NCBI GenBank assembly: GCA_044356295.1 | Contig: JBIKWN010000015.1 | Span: 1 to 47,178 of the forward strand | Reading direction: 5' to 3' | DNA length: 47,178 nucleotides | From: Bdellovibrionota bacterium | GTDB taxonomy: Bacteria > Bdellovibrionota_C > UBA2361 > JBIKWN01 | Part shown: one piece after another, positions 38,081-47,031 of the stretch | How the letters are laid out: the number at the start of each line of letters is the position of its first letter | Position numbering within the stretch: the stretch's first letter is position 1 | Program-made: the position numbers and the translations under genes | Notes under the pieces: model-generated | What the model saw: only the letters and a program-made list of their open reading frames with translations | Told to the model about the DNA's origin: nothing | Database searches by the model: none

Positions 38081-39949
38081 TTATCCTCGAAGTAACTGCA
38101 AAGCAAGTTGCGGCTGTTGGTTAGCCTGACCAAGGACACTTGCTGCAGCTTGTTGAAGGATATTTTGACGTGTCAGTTCTGCTGACTCTTGGGCAACATC
38201 GACATCCATTATTCGACTCGCTGCTGAAAGATAATTTTCATTAGAGGTTCTTAAATTATTGGTCGCGACTGTTAGCCTTGATTGACTACTTCCGATTTCT
38301 CCTAACTGAGAATTGATTCTATCTAAACTTGAACGCAACTTATCCAAAGTTTGACGGGCAGTTGCTTGCGTCATTATGTCAAACATCTCAGCTTCCGCGG
38401 TTTTTCGTACATTTGAAAAATGAATTTGAATTCCAGTTGAATCAGCAGTTGCGCTGCCAGTTACGATATCAGCAACACCGTCACCATTTAAATCACTTGC
38501 TTTTACAGACCATGGATCATTACCACTGGCCTGGGAAATTGGTGCTTTAAAAGTTCCATCGCCATTTCCTAAGATTACGTTTATAAAATCTGTGACTGTC
38601 CCAGAATGCACTATATCTAGGTAGCCATCTCCATTGAAATCAGCAACATCCGATCCTGTACCATTAGACCCATAATCAAAAGTAACGCTATGATTAAAGG
38701 TACCTGATGCGGTTTGTTGCCATACTTGAAATTCACCGGCCGACTTTGTAAAAAATAAGTCTTTTCTTCCGTCACGATTAAAATCAGCTATAGAGATTGA
38801 AGCAGAATCAACATTTATGGTTTGTGAAACTGTAAAGGTGCCTAAGCTATTATTGTAATTTAATATCTGAGTCGTGGATCCAACTGAAGTTATTAGCTCA
38901 TTTACTCCATTATTATCAAGATCGGCAATGTATGCTACTGGGCTCACACCTGATATTGCCTGAAACGGATTACTGAATGATCCGTTTGAGTTTCCAAACA
39001 TTACCATGACACCACCACTGGAAAAGTTTCCAGCTGCAATATCAGCGATACCATCACCGTTGAGGTCACCTACGCCATCAAGTCTAAATACATCACTGGA
39101 TCCTGTGCTTACAGTCGTTAAATTGAAACCTCCAGAACCATTATTTAGTCCGATTGTGATTGTATTGTCTGGGTAGTTGGCAGTTGCTATATCAGCCCTA
39201 CCATCATTGTTGAAATCATGAACAGAAATACCATAAACGTTTTCACCTGAAAAACCTATAGTAACTTCAGCTTGAAAAGTTCCGTCATTGTTACCATAGA
39301 AAATACTGATCAACTCACTACTAGGATTAGTCGAAATAATATCAGTAAATCCATCGCCGTTGAAATCTGCGGTATCTACAGACCAAATTCCACCACTTTC
39401 CCCTGTAGATAATCCACTTTGTTGAGCAAAAGTTCCATCACCTACTGTTCTTCTGAGTGAGTTAACTGAATCTGTTTTAAGAATGGTGTTGTCTCCAGCA
39501 CCTGCTTGAAGATAAATGGAACTTGCATTATCGTCTAAGATTCTAATTCCATTAAAAGAAGTTGTCCTTACAATCCTAGTCTGTTCTTTACTCAGTGCAT
39601 CGACCTCTGTCTGCATTGCAGCCCTTTGAGTTAGTGAGTATGTTCCATTTGCAGACTGCTCTGCTAATTCAGTTTGTCTAATGACAATCTCAGATAACTG
39701 TTTTAGAGCCCCTTCAGAGATAGATAACAATGATGTTCCATCACTTAAGTTTCTAATTGCTTGAGTAAATATTCTTGAATCAGCATTCAGTGTTGCAGCA
39801 ATAGCAAGCCCTGCAGCATCATCACTTGCTTTATTTATGCGCAAACCACTTGATAACCTTTCAAAGGTACCACCAAGCGACTCGGTAACTTTACCAAGTT
39901 GTCTTTGCGCGCCAAGCGACGCTATGTTACTAGCGATCGTAATTGGCAT
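38081..39949 (-). CDS. fliC: Flagellin with a central seven-repeat FG-GAP/VCBS domain (copy 1)
   Basis: Flagellin N-terminus (ERLSSGLRINKASDDAAGLAIA, ELAEQSANGT, T.FNG) and C-terminus (SRIMDVDVAQESAELTRQNILQQAAASVLGQANQQPQLALQLL). Seven D-x-N/D-x-D/N-G-x-x-D/E motifs lie between them. Confidence 0.93.
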   Translation of the reverse strand: MPITIASNIASLGAQRQLGKVTESLGGTFERLSSGLRINKASDDAAGLAIAATLNADSRIFTQAIRNLSDGTSLLSISEGALKQLSEIVIRQTELAEQSANGTYSLTQRAAMQTEVDALSKEQTRIVRTTSFNGIRILDDNASSIYLQAGAGDNTILKTDSVNSLRRTVGDGTFAQQSGLSTGESGGIWSVDTADFNGDGFTDIISTNPSSELISIFYGNNDGTFQAEVTIGFSGENVYGISVHDFNNDGRADIATANYPDNTITIGLNNGSGGFNLTTVSTGSSDVFRLDGVGDLNGDGIADIAAGNFSSGGVMVMFGNSNGSFSNPFQAISGVSPVAYIADLDNNGVNELITSVGSTTQILNYNNSLGTFTVSQTINVDSASISIADFNRDGRKDLFFTKSAGEFQVWQQTASGTFNHSVTFDYGSNGTGSDVADFNGDGYLDIVHSGTVTDFINVILGNGDGTFKAPISQASGNDPWSVKASDLNGDGVADIVTGSATADSTGIQIHFSNVRKTAEAEMFDIMTQATARQTLDKLRSSLDRINSQLGEIGSSQSRLTVATNNLRTSNENYLSAASRIMDVDVAQESAELTRQNILQQAAASVLGQANQQPQLALQLLRG

Positions 39950-39956
39950 TTATGTT

Positions 39957-39972
39957 TGCAATTCCTTTTGCA
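39957..39972 (-). promoter_or_regulatory. Putative CsrA-binding hairpin over the flagellin Shine-Dalgarno (also at 42088-42103)
   Basis: mRNA UGCAA-AAGGAA-UUGCA: GGA in a hexaloop, 7 nt upstream of the ATG. Confidence 0.6.
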
Positions 39973-40038
39973 TTATTTCACACACACACTTTTTACGTGA
40001 CAAGCCTACCTTGAAGACAAGGGAACTTATCACTCGTA

Positions 40039-40065
40039 AAATCGACAAGTTAGGTCAAAAAGTTA
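40039..40065 (-). promoter_or_regulatory. Putative sigma28 (FliA) promoter of flagellin 1
   Basis: TAAC-N15-GTCGATTT, compared with the consensus TAAA-N15-GCCGATAA. Confidence 0.65.
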
Positions 40066-40199
40066 ATAGGACATAAAGAAATTGACACTGTTCGTTTTGT
40101 AATCGTATCAATAGCAATGATAGGTAAGGATTTTTCGTAAGAAAATTTACTAAAAAAACTATAATTTTGATTTTTTAGGTTCAGTTCGAATTCATCTAA

Positions 40200-42080
40200 T
40201 TATCCCCGCAACAACTGCAACGCAAGTTGCGGCTGTTGGTTTGCCTGACCAAGCACACTTGCTGCAGCTTGTTGAAGAATATTTTGACGTGTCAGTTCTG
40301 CTGACTCTTGGGCAACATCAACATCCATTATTCTAGAAGCAGCACTGATATAGTTTTCTCTTGATACTGCTAAGGTATTTATAGCAACACCGAGTCTTGA
40401 TTGACCACTTCCGATGACGCCTAATTGTTGAGAAACTCTTTCTAATGAAGTTCGTAACTTATCTAATACCTCTCTTGCGCCAGTTTGAGTCATTATATTA
40501 AACATTTCGGCTTCACCAGAACGACGTGTGGATTGTATATGTATCCTGGCCGCATCGCTAAGTGCAGATGCAGATGCTGTTGCAATATCTAAGACTCCAT
40601 CACTATTGAAGTCCCCAGATGTTAATCCTTCTGTTTGTAGACCACTAGCAATTGATACTCCAACAGAAAAGGTCCCATCGCCGTTACCATACAAGAAATT
40701 TACAGAGCCAGGGTTCGCAAATTCAGCTCTTGCGATATCAAGAAAACCATCATTATTGTAATCTCCAATATTTGAGCCAGATTGGTAAGTGCTCGACGTA
40801 CTAGTATAATCTTGAGTAGTCTTTGAAAATGTACCATCCGAAGATTGCAACCAAACTTGCGCTGTTGCTAGTCCACCACCCGTGACGAATACATCCGCCC
40901 TACCATCGCGGTTAAAATCACCAATTAAATTTCCTAAGGGAAAGTTCCCAAGATAGAATGAGGCCGTTTGTGAAAAAGACCCAGAACCAGAATGAGAATA
41001 AATGCGAATAGCATCATTTAGACCAGTAATTATCTCTGCTTTATTGTCTCCATTGATATCCATGACTGAAAGACTAGATGTGGCACCGCTCACAACAGTA
41101 ACTATGGAACCAAACGTCCCATTACCATTACCCTGTAACATCATAATGGTTCCATTATTTCGTTGAACTACAAGGTCAAGTATACCATCACCGTTCACAT
41201 CGCCACTTTCAATATACCTAGCATCATTCAATAAAGTTGCACTGTAATAACTTGTTACTGCACCAAAGGTTCCATTCCCTTGATTTAGTCTTACTGAGAC
41301 TGAATCACCGGCAAAATCGGCCGTTGCTACATCTAAAGCTCCATCATTATTAAAATCAGCAACAGTTATGCTGTAAGCAGCGTCACCCATAGCGTACGAA
41401 ATTGAAGCAGCAAACGTACCATCCCCGTTTCCAAGACTAACGCCAAAGACATCATCATCTGAGCTAACCACTATTAGATCAAGTTTCCCATCACCATTTA
41501 CATCTGCACTCGATATATCACGTCCACTTCGCTCTGAATCTATTGTAACTTGCGCACCATAACTACCTGTTCCAACATTTCTTTTCATGGCATCGGAAAT
41601 ATCAAGTGAAAGAATCGATCCATCGCCACGTCCAGCCTGAAGATAAATCGCAGTAGAATTATCATCTAATAATCTTATTCCGTTAAAGGAAGTAGTTCGA
41701 ACAATCCGTGTTTGTTCTTTACTTAAAGCGTCAATCTCTGTCTGCATTGCGCTTCGTTGCTGCAAAGAATAAGTGCCATTTGCAGATTGCTCTGCAAGTT
41801 CTGTTTGACGAATGATAATCTCTGATAGCTGCGCAAGTGCACCTTCAGAGATACTTGTCGCCGATATACCATCATTAAGGTTTCTTATTGCTTGACCAAA
41901 AATTCTAGAATCTGCTGATAATGAATTTGCAATAGCAAGCCCTGCAGCATCATCACTTGCTTTATTTATGCGCAAACCACTTGATAACCTTTCAAAGGTG
42001 CCACCAAGCGACTCGGTAACTTTACCAAGTTGTCTTTGCGCGCCAAGCGACGCTATGTTACTAGCGATCGTAATTGGCAT
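40200..42080 (-). CDS. fliC: Flagellin with a central seven-repeat FG-GAP/VCBS domain (copy 2)
   Basis: Same flagellin termini as copy 1. Repeats: DVNGDGKLD, DFNNDGALD, DVNGDGILD, DINGDNKAE, DFNRDGRAD, DYNNDGFLD, DFNSDGVLD. Confidence 0.93.
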   Translation of the reverse strand: MPITIASNIASLGAQRQLGKVTESLGGTFERLSSGLRINKASDDAAGLAIANSLSADSRIFGQAIRNLNDGISATSISEGALAQLSEIIIRQTELAEQSANGTYSLQQRSAMQTEIDALSKEQTRIVRTTSFNGIRLLDDNSTAIYLQAGRGDGSILSLDISDAMKRNVGTGSYGAQVTIDSERSGRDISSADVNGDGKLDLIVVSSDDDVFGVSLGNGDGTFAASISYAMGDAAYSITVADFNNDGALDVATADFAGDSVSVRLNQGNGTFGAVTSYYSATLLNDARYIESGDVNGDGILDLVVQRNNGTIMMLQGNGNGTFGSIVTVVSGATSSLSVMDINGDNKAEIITGLNDAIRIYSHSGSGSFSQTASFYLGNFPLGNLIGDFNRDGRADVFVTGGGLATAQVWLQSSDGTFSKTTQDYTSTSSTYQSGSNIGDYNNDGFLDIARAEFANPGSVNFLYGNGDGTFSVGVSIASGLQTEGLTSGDFNSDGVLDIATASASALSDAARIHIQSTRRSGEAEMFNIMTQTGAREVLDKLRTSLERVSQQLGVIGSGQSRLGVAINTLAVSRENYISAASRIMDVDVAQESAELTRQNILQQAAASVLGQANQQPQLALQLLRG

Positions 42081-42279
42081 TTATGTTTGCAATTCCTTTT
42101 GCATTATTTCACACACACACTTTTTACGTGACAAGCCTACCTTGAAGACAAGGGAACTTATCACTCGTAAAATCGACAAGTTAGGTCAAAAAGTTAATAG
42201 GACATAAAGAAATTGACACTGTTCGTTTTGTAATCGTATCAATAGCAATGATAGGTAAGGATTTTTCGTAAGAAAATTT
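41929..42279. repeat. 351-bp direct repeat, copy 2
   Basis: Matches 39798-40148. Confidence 0.93.
42170..42196 (-). promoter_or_regulatory. Putative sigma28 (FliA) promoter of flagellin 2
   Basis: Identical to 40039-40065. Confidence 0.65.
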
Positions 42280-42543
42280 TCTATAAAACCTGAGGGTGGT
42301 TAGATTTAAGTCATTTCCTCTCAAAAAGTACTGCTTTTTCTTAGAGCTGAAAAAAGTAATTGATTTATATATTTTCTTGGAGTGTAGGCATTGCTGTTTC
42401 CGAGTAAGTTATAAACTGATACGAAAAAAATCTTTTATACATAGTCATAACGTACTTAATATAACACGCAACAATTGTTCTCTTGAAAAATCAACAATTA
42501 CTGCTAGTATCTTGTTTACCCATAAATTCCATACAAAACTTAT

Positions 42544-44079
42544 ATGCAAAACGAAAAAACTGCTGTAACCCCTACCAGACAACAAGACTATCCAGAATGG
42601 TACCAGCAGGTAATCAAAGCTGCAGAGATGGGTGAAAACTCCGCTGTTCGTGGGTGTATGGTTATAAAGCCATGGGGATATGGTATTTGGGAAAATCTTC
42701 AACGAGACCTAGACAGAAGAATCAAAGAGACCGGTCACGAAAACGCATATTTTCCTCTTTTTATTCCGATTAGTTATTTAGAAAAAGAAGCAAGTCACGT
42801 TTCTGGTTTTGCCAAAGAATGTGCAGTTGTAACTCACCATCGTCTTGAAGAACGAAACGGAAAACTTGTACCTACTGGTGAATTAGAAGAGCCGCTTATT
42901 GTTCGGCCAACTTCTGAAACAATTATTGGAGAGAGTTTTTCTAAATGGGTTCAATCGTACCGAGACCTTCCCCTCCTTATTAATCAGTGGGCAAACGTTG
43001 TGCGTTGGGAAATGCGGACAAGAATGTTTCTTCGTACTGCTGAATTTCTTTGGCAAGAAGGTCACACTGTTCATGCAACCGAAGAATGTGCAATGAACGA
43101 AACACTGACAATATTGCAGATGTATAAAGATTGTGTTGAAAACACATTGGCTATTCCAGTAATTATGGGTGAAAAACCAGCTCACGAAAGATTCCCAGGT
43201 GCTGCACGTACATTTTGTATAGAAGCAATGATGCAGGATAGAAAAGCATTGCAAGCTGGAACGTCTCATTATTTGGGACAAAACTTTGCCCATGCTTCAG
43301 ATATTAAATTCCTTAATCAAGAGGGAGTTCTTGAATTTGCACATACAACGTCATGGGGAGTATCAACACGTTTAATCGGTGGACTCATTATGACTCACGG
43401 GGATGACGATGGACTTCGTGTTCCACCAAAACTTGCTCCAAAACAAGTTGTCATCCTTCCAGTTATTCCGAAAGAAGACCAAGCTTCTAAAGTGCTGGAT
43501 TATTGTGACAAGGTTGCAACGTCATTGAAGGGACTTCGTTACAATGATTATCCTGTATCAGTGCATGTTGATAAAAGAGATATACGTGGAGGCGATAAAA
43601 GCTGGCAGTGGATTAAAAAAGGGGCTCCTATTCGAATTGAGATTGGACCAAGAGATATTGATCAAGATTCAGTAGTACTTTATCGACGTGATAAAGGTCA
43701 TAAAGAAAAGCAAGTTGTAAAATTTGCTGAGCTTTCAGAAATAATATGTCCGACTTTAGACTCAATTCAAAATAATTATTTTGAACAGGCTAAAAAACAT
43801 ATGACCAGTAATATCAGAACAGATATTACCTCTCTTGAAGAATTCATGAAGTTTTTTACGCCGAAGAATGCTGATAAGCCCGAGATTCATGGTGGTTTTG
43901 TTAAGGCATTTTGGTGTGAAGATCCGGAAACACTTTCTATCCTTGAAGAATTAAAAGTAACGGTGCGTTGTTTGCCAATGGATTCGACGACTGAACATTC
44001 GCATAAGATAGAGTCTGGGATATGTATATTGTCTGGGAAGCCTGCTAGTCATCAGTTTATTTTTGCTAAGTCTTACTAG
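42544..44079 (+). CDS. proS: Proline-tRNA ligase, archaeal/eukaryotic type
   Basis: WYQQVIKAA, VRGCMVIKPWGY.IWE, RPTSET, NQWANVVRWEMRTR.FLRT.EFLWQEGHT, ALQAGTSH.LGQNFA, C-terminal FAKSY. No INS editing domain. Confidence 0.97.
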   Translation: MQNEKTAVTPTRQQDYPEWYQQVIKAAEMGENSAVRGCMVIKPWGYGIWENLQRDLDRRIKETGHENAYFPLFIPISYLEKEASHVSGFAKECAVVTHHRLEERNGKLVPTGELEEPLIVRPTSETIIGESFSKWVQSYRDLPLLINQWANVVRWEMRTRMFLRTAEFLWQEGHTVHATEECAMNETLTILQMYKDCVENTLAIPVIMGEKPAHERFPGAARTFCIEAMMQDRKALQAGTSHYLGQNFAHASDIKFLNQEGVLEFAHTTSWGVSTRLIGGLIMTHGDDDGLRVPPKLAPKQVVILPVIPKEDQASKVLDYCDKVATSLKGLRYNDYPVSVHVDKRDIRGGDKSWQWIKKGAPIRIEIGPRDIDQDSVVLYRRDKGHKEKQVVKFAELSEIICPTLDSIQNNYFEQAKKHMTSNIRTDITSLEEFMKFFTPKNADKPEIHGGFVKAFWCEDPETLSILEELKVTVRCLPMDSTTEHSHKIESGICILSGKPASHQFIFAKSY

Positions 44080-44098
44080 TCGTTCGCTTAAGGAGTTA

Positions 44099-44131
44099 GG
44101 TCACGCTCACGCCTTTGGTCAGGATCTTGGG
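44099..44131 (+). repeat. 33-bp hexamer-based dispersed repeat, copy 2
   Basis: GGTCAC GCTCAC GCCTTT GGTCAG GATCTT GGG. Confidence 0.65.
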
Positions 44132-44237
44132 TGATTACTGCTTTATCCTAAGCTTTTTTCAACATCCCTATTCACTTTCGTATTAATCTAGTTGAATATT
44201 CTGGTTTTGGTTATTCCTATAACCCACCGGTATCTCA

Positions 44238-45809
44238 TTAATCACCAGCTGCCGAAATAATCTTTTGCAACAACTCAGACATTGGAAAATTTTCTACACG
44301 ACTAATTACCTGTTTAGCATTAATTGCCGCTTCTTTTAACTTACCAAGCTCTGCCAAAAGCAAAGTCGAGCAGAAAAATGGCTGCCAATCAGTCGTACTT
44401 GCCCCTTGTGTAGCAAGTAAATATTTAGAAATCGCATCATTCGACTTGCCTGATTTTTCTAATTGCAGCGCGTACCAAAAAGCAACAGTTGGATTATTTG
44501 GGTTTTCTAAAAATGCTTTTTCAACCAATTTGCTATCTACTTCTTTTCCTTCTGCGATTGTTTGATGGTCAATTAACAACTGATCAATGGAAAAACTTTC
44601 AAAATTATTGCTACGGTATATAGCTGGCAAAGATAAAAGTGTATCTAGCATTGATGATTTTGATACTTGGTGATTGATTGAAAAATCATCAGATTTAGTA
44701 CTGACAGTTGTTGCTACAGTTCCTAATTCGATGTGATTAAAAACAGCAATTACTTCACGCGCAACAACACTCCAAGTTCTTTTTCTTGCACGCCCAATAC
44801 AGTTTCGAGAAAATGTCGCTAACTTTTCAGGATGTGACAATAAGTCATAAAGGGTTTCGGAAAATGCTTTTGGTGACTGATCAACTTGCAAAATTCCACA
44901 TTCGCCGTTCAACAAGTATTCTTTTACCCCACCCTGGTCGAACGCAACCACTGGGCAACCACTTGCCTGCGCATCCAACACTGCAAGGCCTGCGCTTTCA
45001 AAACAGATAGATGGAAAAAGGAGTAATCCAGCCGACCTCATCTGAGCTGCAATTTCTGTCTGTGACACCTTGCCCATAAATCTAAGATCGGGCTGCTCTG
45101 TTTGCATTCGTTTTTTTATCTCTATCATCGCATCCCAACCTTCGTAGCTTCCAAACAGAGAAACTTTTAGGTTAGGAAAATGTTTTTTTAGAACCGGAAA
45201 AATATCGATGATTAAATGGGCACCTTTCCAAATTTCTACTCGTCCCACAAAAATGAAATGAGAAAAATCACGATTTTCAGGACCTGCATAAGTAAAAAGT
45301 TCTGGATCAAATCCGTTTTTAATTACGTTAGTTTTATTAAATCCTGGCGCTTGAGATTCGAACATCTTGCGCTGTGCATCAGACACACAAATCATTCGGT
45401 CAATGATGTTAAAAACAGTCTTAGGCATAATTCCACTGACTGTTTCAGACGGCGAGTGGTTAATAATTACTTTAGAAATGCAGTTTTCTAACTCTCGCAT
45501 CAATAAAAAAGGATGCACGATTGATGAAGATAAACAGTGAAAGTTACCGATGTTTTTTAATCTGGGAATTAGTTTATCAACTCGAAAATCAGGACCAAAA
45601 TCCCAAAACGTAATTCCATCAACTACAGTGTCGCCTTCAGGTAAAAATCCGCAAGCGTAAACATTCCACCCAGCAGCTTTAATTGCTTTGGCTAAAGCTA
45701 AAGTTGCAGATTCTCCTCCTCCGGCATTTATGCCAGAAGGATGAACTTCTGAATCGTTGAAAAATATTACTACTTGTTGCACTTGGGGTAGTAGTTTACC
45801 TAAAACCAA
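44238..45809 (-). CDS. GT4 glycosyltransferase with a C-terminal TPR-like domain
   Basis: GGGES...LAKA, VSD.QR, IKNGFD, FVGRVEIWKG, ESAGLAVLDAQASGCPVV....GG..E, then helical NP.NP...FWYA..LEK.G....AI..Y. The start codon is uncertain. Confidence 0.85.
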   Translation of the reverse strand: MVLGKLLPQVQQVVIFFNDSEVHPSGINAGGGESATLALAKAIKAAGWNVYACGFLPEGDTVVDGITFWDFGPDFRVDKLIPRLKNIGNFHCLSSSIVHPFLLMRELENCISKVIINHSPSETVSGIMPKTVFNIIDRMICVSDAQRKMFESQAPGFNKTNVIKNGFDPELFTYAGPENRDFSHFIFVGRVEIWKGAHLIIDIFPVLKKHFPNLKVSLFGSYEGWDAMIEIKKRMQTEQPDLRFMGKVSQTEIAAQMRSAGLLLFPSICFESAGLAVLDAQASGCPVVAFDQGGVKEYLLNGECGILQVDQSPKAFSETLYDLLSHPEKLATFSRNCIGRARKRTWSVVAREVIAVFNHIELGTVATTVSTKSDDFSINHQVSKSSMLDTLLSLPAIYRSNNFESFSIDQLLIDHQTIAEGKEVDSKLVEKAFLENPNNPTVAFWYALQLEKSGKSNDAISKYLLATQGASTTDWQPFFCSTLLLAELGKLKEAAINAKQVISRVENFPMSELLQKIISAAGD

Positions 45810-46103
45810 CTAAGTCTAGTAGAGATAGAATTAAGCTATGAGAAACTAGTGAATAGTTTGGTGTCTAGAATCAGATTAGTTTCAATACAACAGTTAATGT
45901 GGAAGTATCTTATATCATTACACTTGGAATACGCTGATAGGACTATACTAAATTGTAAGTCTGGGAATTCCAGGGGCAATGCTAAGTTAACCCTCACATT
46001 CGTTACATTATAACTTTCAGAAATTTGGTAGGAAAATTGTTTTTTGAAGGCCTTGATTCTTTTACTTCATGGCGCTGACCCGCAGTGCGAGTCATATTTT
46101 TTC

Positions 46104-46136
46104 GCCCACGCCTACGCTCACGGTCATGCTCACGGG
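46104..46136 (+). repeat. 33-bp hexamer-based dispersed repeat, copy 3
   Basis: GCCCAC GCCTAC GCTCAC GGTCAT GCTCAC GGG. Confidence 0.65.
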
Positions 46137-46172
46137 ATAAACATCAATACTATCAATAGCTTACAATATATA

Positions 46173-46200
46173 TGAAAGTTATTCGTTTTTTCTACGAATT
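46173..46200 (+). promoter_or_regulatory. Putative alternative-sigma promoter TGAA-N16-TACGAATT
   Basis: Same two-box pattern as 5166-5192 and 27646-27673, 76 nt upstream of the 94-aa gene. Confidence 0.4.
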
Positions 46201-46276
46201 TTAAGCAACCTTTAGCGTGCTCTGTAAATAACTCCCTCTAGTAAAACAATTGTCTATGAGACAGGAGTAGAGAGAG

Positions 46277-46561
46277 ATGGCTTCAGAAGGACTTCCACAA
46301 ATCGATATGGCTTACGACCTTGGTAAAGGTTTTGATTCAGTTTCTGAACTAATGCGGGCCATGGTGCTCCGTACCATTGAAGACTATCAGTCTGGTGGAG
46401 AGCTTCGTGAGGAAGCAATCAAGTACATGATGGGTAGCGAAGAAGAGTATATCTTTTCATTTTCGGCAATTTGTTATCAGTTAGGGCTACACCCTGTTAA
46501 CACAAGAAACCGAATTATGAGTGCTGAAAAACGAATTAGCACTCGTCGACGTGCTGCCTAG
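46277..46561 (+). CDS. Small hypothetical protein (94 aa)
   Basis: AGGAG Shine-Dalgarno and the pattern LM.A.....IED.......EA..Y......Y.FSF..IC..LGL.P...R..I. Confidence 0.75.
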   Translation: MASEGLPQIDMAYDLGKGFDSVSELMRAMVLRTIEDYQSGGELREEAIKYMMGSEEEYIFSFSAICYQLGLHPVNTRNRIMSAEKRISTRRRAA

Positions 46562-46788
46562 TTACGACGCAAACACTTTTTCAAATTCAGTTCCCTAGCA
46601 CCAGAATAGTTATTCCACGACAAAACTCAGATAACTATTTGTGATTACAGGAAAGTCATTTTTAGTGACAAAAAATCTTTCATTAATTGAATTTTTCACT
46701 CTTTAATTTAATCAATCGCGGGTACTCTACAAACTCGGATGTGCAGTTCTTGTAGTTAACTTATTTAATCATTAGGAGCCCAGCGTCG

Positions 46789-47016
46789 ATGGATAATACT
46801 TTTCGAGATCAAATACAAAAACTCAAAACAATTGATGAAAAACTTGCTCGACTTTTTGCACAACATCAACAGTACGAAGAGGAACTCGAAAGATTAGACC
46901 GTAGAAAATTCAGAACTCAAGACGAAGAAGCACGAGTGAAAGTAATTAAATTTGCTAAAGCACGTGGCAAAGAGCAGATGGCATGGATTGCTCAGAAATA
47001 CGAGAAGGCAGCTTAA
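46789..47016 (+). CDS. DUF465/YdcH-like small coiled-coil protein
   Basis: AGGAG Shine-Dalgarno and I..LK..D...ARLF..H..Y..EL..L......T..E......IK..K...KEQM. Confidence 0.75.
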   Translation: MDNTFRDQIQKLKTIDEKLARLFAQHQQYEEELERLDRRKFRTQDEEARVKVIKFAKARGKEQMAWIAQKYEKAA

Positions 47017-47031
47017 AAGAAGCCTTTATTA

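Larger units (their letters stand above)
39798..40148. repeat. 351-bp direct repeat, copy 1 (flagellin upstream region plus first ~50 codons)
   Basis: Identical to 41929-42279 (offset 2131) except one synonymous change at 39869/42000. Confidence 0.93.

Noticed and set aside
39837..40076. Identical 79-aa ORFs at 39837 and 41968
   Set aside because: Antisense by-products of the 351-bp repeat that overlap the flagellin starts.
38081..40333. Diversity-generating retroelement (TR/VR pair) at the similar flagellin 3' ends
   Set aside because: The mismatches are synonymous and not adenine-specific, and no reverse transcriptase lies in the window.
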